Positions 8,898 through 17,987 of a stretch of DNA of 32,000 nucleotides are shown piece by piece. The DNA is from Pyrodictium abyssi. GTDB lineage: Archaea; Thermoproteota; Thermoprotei_A; Sulfolobales; Pyrodictiaceae. The stretch's first letter is position 1. The number at the start of each line of letters is the position of its first letter. The stretch is taken from assembly GCF_036323395.1 (NCBI RefSeq), contig NZ_AP028907.1, forward strand, positions 990,001-1,022,000, written 5' to 3'. A program made the translations under genes and the position numbers. The notes under the pieces are model-generated. The model was not told the DNA's origin and searched no databases. It saw only the letters and a list, made by a program, of their open reading frames with translations.

Positions 8898-10436
8898 CTA
8901 GCCCCCGGCCGAGAGCCTCTCCATAAGCTTCTCGAGTAGAACAGCTGCCAAGCTGCCGAAGACGCTAGCAGCAGCGGCGACACGTGGGAGGAGAAGCTGG
9001 GGCGCAAGATGCAGGGCAGGCTCTAGAGCCCTACGAGCTTCCAGGCTGGTCCATGCAATGCCTGTCCCCTGTACCTGGCTTAACGCCCCTGTAAGAGCTA
9101 GAGCAGCAGAGAACACTATTAGTACTACCATAGGCTTCAGCATGCTATCCTCGTAGTGTATCGAGCTTTTTGATATTTTAGAAACAAAGGCAGCTACTAT
9201 GGCTGCAAATGCTGCTACTATGCCGAGAAGTCTATAGTAGTAGAGGTGCTCGAGAGGTAACATCGCCAGAAAGAAGGCTACTAGAGCATTCACTAGAGCT
9301 GATGCAGCGAGAGGGGCAGCAAACTCTTCAAGCTCTATCCTCCTATAGTAGTGGTATCGACGGCTGGCTCGGAGTATGGAGAACAGTGCGTAGGAAGGGG
9401 CTACGAACACTGCGATGGCAGAGGCAAGAATGATAAAGCCGGTAATAGCCTCTACTTGTAAATACGGCAGTACGGTAGCGGCTTCTGGTAGTATCTGTGG
9501 TGAGATGAATAGCCACACGCGTATGGCTAGTATCACTGATGCTGCAACAACGGCAGATGCGGCTATATGTCGTTGCCATTGTTGCTCTCCTTCAGCCTCA
9601 TCCTCTAGGCAATCAGCGTAATACCCTTTATTGGGGAGTGCCAGTAGAGTTGCAATTCCTAGAGATAGAATGGCAAGCATAAAGTCGAGGATGAACACAG
9701 CCAAGCCCTCTCCGCCAGCGCCGCGGCCGGCAGCGGTTATTGCGATGAAGACGGCTGCAGCGGATACTGGCAGCACGATGTGCGCTATGCGGGTTCGTAT
9801 CCGTAGGAGTGGTGTATCTTTGATAGGGAGTCTCAGTGAAATGGGCTTCAGCGGCCTTGCGGCGAACAGCAGGGCCTGTGAGGTCACCAGGACATGGAAG
9901 GCTATGGTGACAAGTAGCACGGCTACCGAGAGCAGTGATGGCTCTAGCATGTCTATGGTTATGAGCCCGGTGTTGGTCTTTATGAGTATGGTGAATGTTG
10001 GGTGGAGGCTTGTCTCCAGTGGCGCTGTCACGTCTAGCAGTGTTGGGCCGGTTACGCCGTCTAGTATGTCCTCTAGCAGCCCCGTGTCGCCGCAGACCTT
10101 GCTCTCCTTGATGGTGTTTAGTATCAGCTCGGCTGCCAGCTTCTTGGAGTTGTTGTCGAGGTTGCCGTCCTTGAGGGCGTCTAGTAGGGGTAGTAGCACC
10201 CCTAGCATGCTCCTGCCGGTTATGACCGTGGCGGAGCGGGGCTCGCCCCCGTTGGCGCACGCGTAGTGTATGGTTACCTTCGACATGTTGTAGATGTAGA
10301 GTGTGTGGCCGCCGCAGGACGTGTGGACGCTGGTGAGGAGCGTCAGCGATGCCGTGAAGGCTAGTATCGTTGAGGATGCCGACGCCAGGACTAGTGCCAG
10401 CAGCGCCGCCAGCGGCACGCCTCCCGGCCGCACCAC
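8898..10436 (-). CDS. Multi-pass integral membrane protein, unknown function
   Basis: 512-aa intact ORF with numerous hydrophobic helices. No family recognised. Confidence 0.75.
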   Translation of the reverse strand: MVRPGGVPLAALLALVLASASSTILAFTASLTLLTSVHTSCGGHTLYIYNMSKVTIHYACANGGEPRSATVITGRSMLGVLLPLLDALKDGNLDNNSKKLAAELILNTIKESKVCGDTGLLEDILDGVTGPTLLDVTAPLETSLHPTFTILIKTNTGLITIDMLEPSLLSVAVLLVTIAFHVLVTSQALLFAARPLKPISLRLPIKDTPLLRIRTRIAHIVLPVSAAAVFIAITAAGRGAGGEGLAVFILDFMLAILSLGIATLLALPNKGYYADCLEDEAEGEQQWQRHIAASAVVAASVILAIRVWLFISPQILPEAATVLPYLQVEAITGFIILASAIAVFVAPSYALFSILRASRRYHYYRRIELEEFAAPLAASALVNALVAFFLAMLPLEHLYYYRLLGIVAAFAAIVAAFVSKISKSSIHYEDSMLKPMVVLIVFSAALALTGALSQVQGTGIAWTSLEARRALEPALHLAPQLLLPRVAAAASVFGSLAAVLLEKLMERLSAGG

Positions 10437-10643
10437 CCCCGGCCCTCTACAAGGAGCCTGGGGCCTTCTAGAGCGGAGAGGGTGCAGATATAACGCTTGC
10501 CGTGGGCTATAGCGGGTGTAGCCGTGTAGGCCCGGGGGCTCTGGGTGTACAGCTGTAGAGGGCTAGCGGGAGCGGGTAGAGGGGCACGCGGCAGAGCCCG
10601 GGGGCCGTCGGCGCGGCTACGCCGGGCACCCGGGGCCACGCGC

Positions 10644-11093
10644 CTAGGCGGACCCGCCGCTCTCCCGGGGGTACTGGTCCTCCTGGGCCGGGTTCTCTGC
10701 TAGGCTGTCCAGGATACCCCGCAACAGCGTGGCGAGCTCCTCCCCGGCGCCGAGGTGCCAGAGGAGCTGCTCGGTGTCGAGGAACTCGTGGTAGAAGTTC
10801 GCGTGGAGCCTCTCAGCGGCCTCGAAGAGCGCCACAAGGCGGCCCGGGTCCCCACTGTAGAGGCTCTCGTAGAGTGCGGCCAGCTCCGTCTTCACGAACA
10901 TCTTCGCCTCTCTGTGCCGGGCGAGAGGCCCCCTGCCCAGGAGCAGGCCTATCATAGACAGCAGCACCATTATCATGGACCATAGTGTTTCTCCCGCCTT
11001 TACGAGCTCTCCCTCGGCTTTCAGCCTCGCGTACTGGCTGTAGCGCTCCCGGAGCATCTCCTCGTACTCCGCGAGCACCTCCACGAGGCTCAT
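10644..11093 (-). CDS. PaREP1/HEPN-like protein
   Basis: LVKAGETLWSMIMVLLSMIGLLLGR...HREAKMFVKTELAALYESLYSGDPGRLVALFEAAERLHANFYHEFLD has the PaREP1-like helical layout. Its start overlaps the stop of the upstream ORF. Confidence 0.6.
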   Translation of the reverse strand: MSLVEVLAEYEEMLRERYSQYARLKAEGELVKAGETLWSMIMVLLSMIGLLLGRGPLARHREAKMFVKTELAALYESLYSGDPGRLVALFEAAERLHANFYHEFLDTEQLLWHLGAGEELATLLRGILDSLAENPAQEDQYPRESGGSA

Positions 11094-11341
11094 GCCGGGC
11101 TCCCTACGAGAGGCATAGACCTGCTCTTCAGCGCTAGTATACGTCCATCCTCGTCTACCTCGGCCACATACCTCCTAAACAGGTACATGAACTCTATAAC
11201 CCAGACCCCGTTCCTCCTATCAACGCTGATGATGGAGATGTACTCGGGAACCATGTTGAACTCCCTGATCTTCTCCTTTAGCCTCTTAACAGCATCAGCA
11301 GCATCCACTACCGGCACACCAGCACACCACAGAATAGCCAA
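11090..11341 (-). CDS. Small (83 aa) partner protein, operonic with the PaREP1/HEPN-like gene
   Basis: MAILWCAGVPVVDAADAVKRLKEKIREFNMVPEYISIISVDRRNGVWVIEFMYLFRRYVAEVDEDGRILAL... with a 4-bp stop/start overlap with 10644-11093. Confidence 0.6.
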   Translation of the reverse strand: MAILWCAGVPVVDAADAVKRLKEKIREFNMVPEYISIISVDRRNGVWVIEFMYLFRRYVAEVDEDGRILALKSRSMPLVGSPA

Positions 11342-11527
11342 AACCCCGCCGGAGGACTCTTAAGCCTTCATAGAGCCAGCCCGCTACAGCCACCAGGAGA
11401 CCGCCACAGGCAGCCCGAAGCAACACGCTACACACCACACATGAGGCAACGCAGCCCCCGGGACGGGAGGGGACCCCGGCCCGGGGAAGGCCCTATCCGG
11501 GTGACCGGGGCGGCCCCGGGTACAGCT

Positions 11528-11544
11528 AGATACTCTGAGTATCT
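11528..11544. promoter_or_regulatory. Perfect 8-bp inverted repeat AGATACTC-t-GAGTATCT, operator-like
   Basis: Lies about 40 bp upstream of the AbrB-like ORF at 11584. Confidence 0.5.
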
Positions 11545-11583
11545 GGTCTTGTCTGGGAGGGTGGGGGGTGTCCTGCCGGGGCT

Positions 11584-11727
11584 ATGGCTATGCTCCGGGT
11601 ACGAGTAGGCAGGAGAGGCACAATCGTCCTCCCGAAGAGGGTGCGGGAGCAGCTAGGCATAGAGGAGGGCACGACCCTGGAGCTAGAGGTAGACGGTGAC
11701 AAGATAGTGCTCCGCCCACCGCCCTGA
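11584..11727 (+). CDS. AbrB/MazE-type (VapB-like) DNA-binding antitoxin, 47 aa
   Basis: MAMLRVRVGRRGTIVLPKRVREQLGIEEGTTLELEVDGDKIVLRPPP*. Classic swapped-hairpin AbrB motif. Missed by the ORF track because of its size. Confidence 0.75.
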   Translation: MAMLRVRVGRRGTIVLPKRVREQLGIEEGTTLELEVDGDKIVLRPPP

Positions 11728-11864
11728 ACCCCTATGTGGAGGCATCCATCACCTCTATAGGACGGCAAACCCTGGAGCCTGTCCGTGGGGGGACACTTCA
11801 AATACGCGTTCATTATTATGTCGAAAGCTAATATAGTGCTACTAGGCATAGCTGCAACACGGGT

Positions 11865-11941
11865 GGGCTGGGGTACGCCCAGCCCGACGGCCCATTGAGG
11901 CCGTCGCCCCGCCTGCTCCGGCCCCGGCCGGTGGGGCGGGG
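11865..11941. other. Block of three consecutive hairpins (structured RNA or terminator candidate)
   Basis: GGGCTGGG-gtacg-CCCAGCCC (11865-11885), GACGGCC-cattga-GGCCGTC (11886-11905), CCCCGCC...GGCGGGG (11907-11941). Confidence 0.45.
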
Positions 11942-11977
11942 TGGTCGGCTGATGAGCCCTCCTCTCTTCTGCTTCTC

Positions 11978-12819
11978 TCACGTCTGTTTGGGGATCACCT
12001 TGAACCACACGGGCTTCTTTATGAGTGGTTTGACCGCCTCGAATACCTCGTCCTCGCTGTAGTTCAGGTACCGGTATACGGCTTAGGCGAGTAGGTCTGC
12101 AAACTGTATTCCGAGTATGAGCTTAGAGTCGCCCAGGAAGATCTCGGCTATGCGGGATAGTTTTACCGTGCCATGCTTTGTTATGGCCCCGGTTGACTGC
12201 GAGATAGCCGAGCCTACGATGCTGTATGTCGAGTTTATGAGGTTGTTCGCGTCAGCATCGAACAGTATGATACCGTCTACGCCACGCGCTGCTAGCTCCC
12301 GGTCAACCCGGTAGAGTATCTCGTTCACGACCTGTGACTTCACCACTGTATCGTACACAGCGTTGGCTACACTCCTTATTATGCGGTCTCTCACAGCGTC
12401 TATTCTAAGAGAGTTCAAGGTACTCGGTACCCGGGTTATGTAAAATGCTCACTATCCTGCCGATGACGCTCTTATCTATTATCTCTATAAAACCCTCCTT
12501 GTTGATAGCCACGACTGTTAGGAATGGGTCAAACGCGTCTAGCCCCCGCAACAAGTGCTATGAGATCAGCGTAACGGCTGCTCTTGTTCCTATTCCTCAG
12601 CGCCTTGTGTATCTCTGAGCCCTTAATCTCGGAGCCTACATGTATACCCTCGTCCACAAGGAATCTGCGAACCATGTCTGCGATAGAGCCGAGCTTTCGA
12701 TGCTCGACAAGGGGGACGCCAAGCGCAGCTACGACATAGTATCTCTCGTCCCTCCTCTTCAGACCCGGTACTCCGGACTCGTCTATACAAACAGCAAACA
12801 CGACATAACCCGGTCTCAT
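11978..12819 (-). pseudogene. DUF3800-family protein gene with frameshifts and an in-frame stop
   Basis: From ATG at 12819: MRPGYVVFAVCIDESGVPGLKRRDERYYVVAALGVP... Frame changes near 12540 and 12420, then IQFADLLA* (TAA 12083-12085) continues in frame as AVYRYLNYSEDEVFEAVKPLIKKPVWFKVIPKQT* to 11978. Confidence 0.7.
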
Positions 12820-13838
12820 ATATCGCCCAAGGAGAGTAGTACTTGATATAAGAGATAGCTCCTGTAATACCGATACGAGACACCATAGCCAGAACCATAG
12901 ACGGTAATACAACTATGCCAGCCCTGGCAGCGCGGGCCCCCGCCCGAAGCCCCCCGGGGCATCAAGAGAACCGGGCAAGACACAGCCCCCCGAGGCAGGG
13001 CGTTGCCAAGGCCCTATCATGGAGTTCACCCCAGCGGTACACCGGCAGGCTTCATCGCCTCTTCCGCCTCCACCCTACACCCCGGTAGCCGTGCTGAGTG
13101 TTGCCAGCTCCAGGGCGGGGGCCTAGGGAGAAGATGGAGGAGTACAGGGGTAGGGTCAACCGGGCCGGGGCGCCTGGGGCTCGTCGAGGAGGGGGCCAGG
13201 CGGCTAGAAGCCGAGGAGAACATGAGGGGGATCGTCGAGGAGCTAGAGAAGACGCCGGTCCCGGGCGCCCAGCGGCTTCTCGGAAACCCCTGTCAGGGGA
13301 GGACCGCGGCGGCGGTCGACGCCCTCCCCCGGCACCCCGCTGCAGAGGCCCCGGAGGGGCCAGCCCCTACCCCGTCGACGCCGTACACCAAGCCCCGCCC
13401 CAGGGGCGGACCCCTCTGGCCTAGTCTAGGAGCAGGCGCCTAGCATAGCCCGGGGCGCCCCAGCTCGGCCAGAGACGCACGTGCACGGCTCAGAGGCGGC
13501 GTGCAAAAGCCTCCCGAGAAGCCCGGCCCCGCCCCGGGCGGAGAGACAGTCCCCAAGATCCACGAGGACATAGTCGAGCTCGCTAGACGGGTCCGCCGCC
13601 CCGCAGAAGCACACGAAGAGCCCAGCAGGATTCTCGAGCAGGAAAGGGAGCGGCACAGCTAAACCACGTCACCAACGCACCCCGGGCCACCAACAGCCAC
13701 ACACCAGGCCAGAAACCCGGGCACACCAGGAGAAGAACCCAGACAACACACCAGCAAACACAGGCCACACCCCCACCCACAGCAGCCCAAATAAACCCCA
13801 CCACAACACCACACAACCCCACAACACGGAGCCAGGCC

Positions 13839-13951
13839 GGGGCCGTCGTCTAGCTTGGTAGGATGCCAGCCTGGGGACGCACCCCGCCGCCCCCACAGGG
13901 CGGGCGCCAGAGCGCTGGTGGTCCCGGGTTCGAATCCCGGCGGCCCCACCA
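13839..13951 (+). tRNA. tRNA-Pro(GGG) with a 36-nt intron at 37/38 and encoded CCA
   Basis: Acceptor GGGGCCG/CGGCCCC, T-arm CCGGG-TTCGAAT-CCCGG, anticodon stem CCAGC/GCTGG with loop CTGGGG[intron 13877-13912]C, 3' ACCA. Confidence 0.88.
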
Positions 13952-14255
13952 CCAGACCCTAAACACAGCCTCGTTCTCCTTAATGATTGTGCACCCTAGT
14001 CATTGCTGTTTATGCTCTGCTATCATCACTAGTTGTATCTCGTGTCTTATTGTCGGCGTGTTTCGCGCTTCCCTGGAGTTATGATTGCTCTGGCTGTTCA
14101 GCGTGATTTAGATCGAATGTGGTTAACGGGCCAAGCTGGTTTCTCGTGGCATTGCGAGGATATTGGGATTGTTAGGGACGTAATGGCTTTGTAATGCAAT
14201 AGTTACGCCTGCGTCTCGTCTAGTTTAAAAGTCTATTCATGTAGACTATTACAGC

Positions 14256-14645
14256 ATGGAGATAGCTATGTCTGCATATGAGTTATTGATTATGTTCCTG
14301 GCACCGATGGCAGTAATATTCGGGTTAGGTCCTCTATTACGTGAGTTAAAGGCAGTATTGGGGTTGGCTAGTGCTGTACCAGTTATTGGCTTTACTATGA
14401 AGTTGGTCGTGCGTTCGGTGTCTGCGATAAATCAGATTTCCGCTGCTCAATCTCCAGAGGAGGTACTGTACACTATGGAGAATACAGCAAATGGGCTCGT
14501 CAATATGACTGCCGATTTTGCGCTAGAACGAGCAAGTGAAGCCGTCAGTACAGCATTAGTAGCACCCATCATGGCAGTACTTGGTATACTTGGTATAATT
14601 GGTGCGTTTGTTATCACTCTAATGTTATGGTATATGCGGAGATAA
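14256..14645 (+). CDS. Small membrane protein, unknown
   Basis: 129-aa ORF with N- and C-terminal hydrophobic helices in a lower-GC segment. Confidence 0.6.
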   Translation: MEIAMSAYELLIMFLAPMAVIFGLGPLLRELKAVLGLASAVPVIGFTMKLVVRSVSAINQISAAQSPEEVLYTMENTANGLVNMTADFALERASEAVSTALVAPIMAVLGILGIIGAFVITLMLWYMRR

Positions 14646-15205
14646 TAACTAAACGTTGGTTGTAATAGCATGTGTCTGTGGATAGCTTTGCTAGATTGAT
14701 GAGGTTACTGTGTGAGCTTGTGTTTCCCCGGGGCCCCGGGGAGCTGCCACCAGCTACCGCGGGGGTGTATTGCGTCGTGTCTGGTTCTGGGCGTGTGTCG
14801 GGTGCGCGTGGTCTTGGCGTGTTTTCTCGCGGCCTAGGGGGCTGGGGTGCCGAGGAGGCCGGGGCGAGGTGCTGGACGCGGCACGGCGCTTCAATGCCAG
14901 GTTTCAGGCCTGCTACGAGTACAGCAATACCCGGGAATGCGTACGGGCCAGGCTCGAAGATATGCTGGAGGGTGCCCGCAACCCTGCCCTCATTCAGTCA
15001 CTCCTCGCCCGCTCCGCAAGCCGTGGCCGGAGCTCTCTTCTTAGGTTTTAGGACTAACACCTCTCTTCCAGGGACCCTTCGAGTTCGACATACTATCTCG
15101 GCTGGATCCTTCAGCTTCTTGAGGATCTTGGTCAGTACATGTATATGTGGGTGATGGAGATATGGAGATAGGAGAATCATAATGACAAGCACTTGTGCGG
15201 GCTTA

Positions 15206-15240
15206 TGGTAGCAAGTCGAACCACCGACCTTGGGGTTATG
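15206..15240 (-). other. Degraded tRNA-Met-like fragment (anticodon 3' half, T-arm and CTACCA)
   Basis: Reverse strand reads CATAACCCCAAGGTCGGTGGTTCGACTTGCTACCA, like an archaeal tRNA-Met 3' half with part of the T-stem/acceptor missing. Confidence 0.4.
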
Positions 15241-15489
15241 TGTCACATGGTCATTCTATCCCCTGTTACCCGATTCTTCGGCTCCTAGGACGCAGAGTTT
15301 ATGCAAAGTACTTACTGTATAGACTGTACGGACTGTGAGGGCAGTGTCTCTAGAACCGTTCAGAGTCCAGACCAAAAAGCCAAGGAGGGCTGTTCTTTTC
15401 CATGCACATTCCCCAAAGAATGAGTAGACAAGGTTAAACTACAGCCAAGAGTCTATATAGCGTGAGAGATAGACGGAAGAAACGGACTC

Positions 15490-15804
15490 GTGAATAAGGA
15501 AGTTAAGGTGCAGCCATTATGCCCAGCCCCAAGAAGGACCCCCGCAATCTATATAACTATAGCAGCAATATTTGCAGCAATCTTCGCGGCTACCATTCAA
15601 ACCTCTATGAGCGCACTCATAGCAGTATACCAGCTACAAGAAAATATAACAATGTTATACTTCTTAAGTGCTGTAGTCCTCTTCGCCTCGGTACCAGCGG
15701 GATATGGTATGCTAACTTTCGCAAAACGGGCTGCAGAGGCCTTCAGAGAAGGTAAAGATGGTTGCTCCACTCAACATGCAAACAAAGAAACGGACAGACC
15801 ATAA
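15490..15804 (+). CDS. Small two-TM membrane protein, unknown
   Basis: 104 aa: TPAIYITIAAIFAAIFAATIQTSMSALIAVY...ITMLYFLSAVVLFASVPAGYGMLTF. Confidence 0.6.
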   Translation: MNKEVKVQPLCPAPRRTPAIYITIAAIFAAIFAATIQTSMSALIAVYQLQENITMLYFLSAVVLFASVPAGYGMLTFAKRAAEAFREGKDGCSTQHANKETDRP

Positions 15805-15910
15805 GTCTCACTCAGAACATGGATCTACTCTCTACGCGAATATAGCATGTATTAACACTACACCAGAAATTCATAATTAGGCTGTAAAGGCAGTATATAG
15901 TTATAGGGGT

Positions 15911-16045
15911 GTCCCGCCCGGCGCCCCGGGGCTGGGTCCCCGGGACGGTGACAATTGCACCCGATTCGTCCTCCCCTCGTGGGGTCGGCGGAACAACTGT
16001 CTGTCATCCCGCCTCCGGGCGGGCCCGGGGCGCCGGGTCTCGGGC
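15911..16045. other. GC-rich rod-like inverted-repeat element / structured RNA candidate
   Basis: CCCGGCGCCCCGGG (15917-15930) pairs with CCCGGGGCGCCGGG (16026-16039). Inner near-complementary arms GACAATTG/CAACTGTC and CCCC-tcgt-GGGG. Confidence 0.45.
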
Positions 16046-16244
16046 CCCCTTCTTCGCCTGGCGCTCAATCCAATTCTGATGAGTGCTATTACCTTTTAAG
16101 CATCCGGGGGACTTAGCACCTAGCGCTGCCACTATGCCGGGCAATGGTGCTGCTAGTGCCTGGCCTCCGTAGTACCGGAGGGCGGTGGTACGGTTAGCGG
16201 TGCGGGGCTAGACGGCGGCCGGATACATGCATGGATTAGTGCTG

Positions 16245-16460
16245 TTATGGCTTGGCCAGCAGCTTCTCTAGCTCAGTCTTAAACGGCTCAATGGCTCCAC
16301 GTATCTTTGATGCCGTGAGGGCTAGTTCGAAGTTGGCTTCTTCGATGGCTGCCTCCTCGAGCATGAGGGAGAGCCTGGTGGCGCGGTCTAGGGCGTCTAG
16401 GAGGTCTCGGGCTAGCTGGAGCGATCGTGGGGCCTGGGCGACAGCTGTCACGGGCTGCAC
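16245..16460 (-). CDS. Hypothetical small helical protein
   Basis: 71-aa ORF, strongly helical: SLQLARDLLDALDRATRLSLMLEEAAIEEANFELALTASKIRGAIEPFKTELEKLL. Confidence 0.35.
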   Translation of the reverse strand: MQPVTAVAQAPRSLQLARDLLDALDRATRLSLMLEEAAIEEANFELALTASKIRGAIEPFKTELEKLLAKP

Positions 16461-16855
16461 CTCTTGGGCTGTGGCTTTGTGGCCACCCTCTAGCTATATG
16501 TGGTCCAGGGATACGCATAGCAGTAATACAATATCTGGATTATGTACGTTAGCGGCGTCGCTGTAGGCGGTGCTCTGCGCCCCTAGTCCAGTGGTGAGGC
16601 GCACAGCGGGTCGGGTTAACTGGCCGGAACAGAGCCCGGGCTATAGGTGCGGCTCACCGTGGCATGGGCTCAGCCAGGGCGCAGGGCCACATGTGCATCT
16701 AGGTTTAGTCTGCTATACGCAGTGGCGCCATGTAGCATGTTCTGGGCAGTGTAAAGCTGGGTCCACCGGATACTGTCCGGCTGAGACCATGAAGTCTCAG
16801 AGGAGACGCGAAGAAAACATGTGCGTCCTGTTCGAGCCCTGCCGAGTACGGCGCG

Positions 16856-17263
16856 TTAGCTTTGCACAGACTTGAGGGCTATCAGGGCCTCTACAGGGAC
16901 TCCGCGGATAGTAATGCTTATCTTCTTACCCGATACGGGATCGCCAACTTTAATGCTGACCTCGTTCCACATTAGGCTTATCCTCTGGCTCTCGGCTATC
17001 GCGAGAAGCCCCTGCAGTATAGCTTTGAAGGCATTATGTGCATCAGGGTCTACCCTTTCAATAGTCTCCCTGACGCGCCGTAGCACCGTCTCTAGTAGCT
17101 CGCAGTCGCCCTCGATAGCTACGTACGCGCTGCGTATAGCGTGGGCAAACTCCTCCGGTATGGTGATGCTTTCCGGCATAATGTCCTGGAGACGGCGCAC
17201 AAGCTCGTATAGGCTGCCGCTATAGCATGTTCTCTGATACCCTATATCTTGGAGTGTATCCAC
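16856..17263 (-). CDS. Orphan cysteine-family copy 1
   Basis: GTG start; motifs RTCYSGSLYELV, AYVAIEGDCELLETV, LMWNEVSIKV, ITIRGVPVEALIALKSV. Shared with four other ORFs in the window. Confidence 0.8.
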   Translation of the reverse strand: MDTLQDIGYQRTCYSGSLYELVRRLQDIMPESITIPEEFAHAIRSAYVAIEGDCELLETVLRRVRETIERVDPDAHNAFKAILQGLLAIAESQRISLMWNEVSIKVGDPVSGKKISITIRGVPVEALIALKSVQS

Positions 17264-17266
17264 TCA

Positions 17267-17315
<49 letters not shown>

Positions 17316-17505
17316 AAGCGTTGTACCGGAGGCGTAATGTGCGCCAGCACTGCTCTATACGGGCATCCTTCTCTAGCAATGCACATGCTTCGTAGGAATT
17401 TTAGCCCTATCCCCTTGTGCTGGACAGCCATAGCTCTCCACGAGTTACTGTGCTGCGTCGTGTGCTGGGGCCCGTAGGCTGCGCTGAAGGGGCTTTGCTG
17501 CCTAC

Positions 17506-17856
17506 GTGGCGGGTGTGGAGAGGCGTAAGCGGCTGAGCAGCGGCGAGACCAGGGTGTACTACAGCTATAGGGCTACAGTGCCCAGGCATGTCGCGGAGGA
17601 GCTGGGTCTGGACCCGGAGGGCGACCTGGTGCTCCTCCTGGCCGCCCGGCCCCGGTGGTACCACCTCCTCAACTACAACGAGGAGGAGAACCTGGGGACG
17701 TGGAGGAGTTTACCGGAGTGGGCCTGGGCTGAGGCCTGTATAGCGGGGCGCGGCCCCCGCGGCGAGTGCCGGGGACTACGGCTTCGTGGTACTAGTGGCT
17801 CCGAGGAGCGAGTTCGAGAGGCTTGGCCTAGAGCCCGGCTCTACTGTGTCCCCTAG
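17506..17856 (+). CDS. Hypothetical protein with AbrB-like N-terminal region
   Basis: MAGVERRKRLSSGETRVYYSYRATVPRHVAEELGLDPEGDLVLLLAARPRWYHLLNYNEEENLGTWRSLP... Confidence 0.5.
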   Translation: MAGVERRKRLSSGETRVYYSYRATVPRHVAEELGLDPEGDLVLLLAARPRWYHLLNYNEEENLGTWRSLPEWAWAEACIAGRGPRGECRGLRLRGTSGSEERVREAWPRARLYCVP

Positions 17857-17987
17857 GGGAGCTAGCTAGGCTCGTGAGGGCCGTCGACACGGACGGGCAG
17901 CAGCGTGGCCGGTAGGCGGGGTTACCGGTTCTAGCGTAGGCCCGGTATGCGGTGGCTCCAGAGGGTCGTGTCTTGTGTCTCGCGGGC

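Noticed and set aside
9415-10266. + ORFs 9631-10266 and - ORF 9628-10260 inside the membrane-protein gene
   Set aside because: Out-of-frame/antisense reads of the 512-aa membrane protein.
11526-12008. 160-aa minus ORF
   Set aside because: Covers the AbrB-like ORF on the opposite strand and the triple-hairpin block; its translation is low-complexity and not protein-like.
13003-13660. Fragments such as GRLGLVEEGARRLEAEENMRGIVEELEKTPVP and GETVPKIHEDIVELARRVRR
   Set aside because: Protein-like pieces in different frames suggest another degraded small gene, but no family could be assigned.
13426-13896. Three overlapping minus ORFs upstream of tRNA-Pro with CVCWCVVWVLLLVC-like content
   Set aside because: Produced by the T-poor tract and the tRNA gene read backwards; not plausible proteins.
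14672-15154. Overlapping ORFs 14672-15154 and 14770-15051
   Set aside because: Short segments (ARFQACYEYSNTRECVRARLEDMLEGARNPALIQSLL) look protein-like but the gene boundaries and family are unclear.
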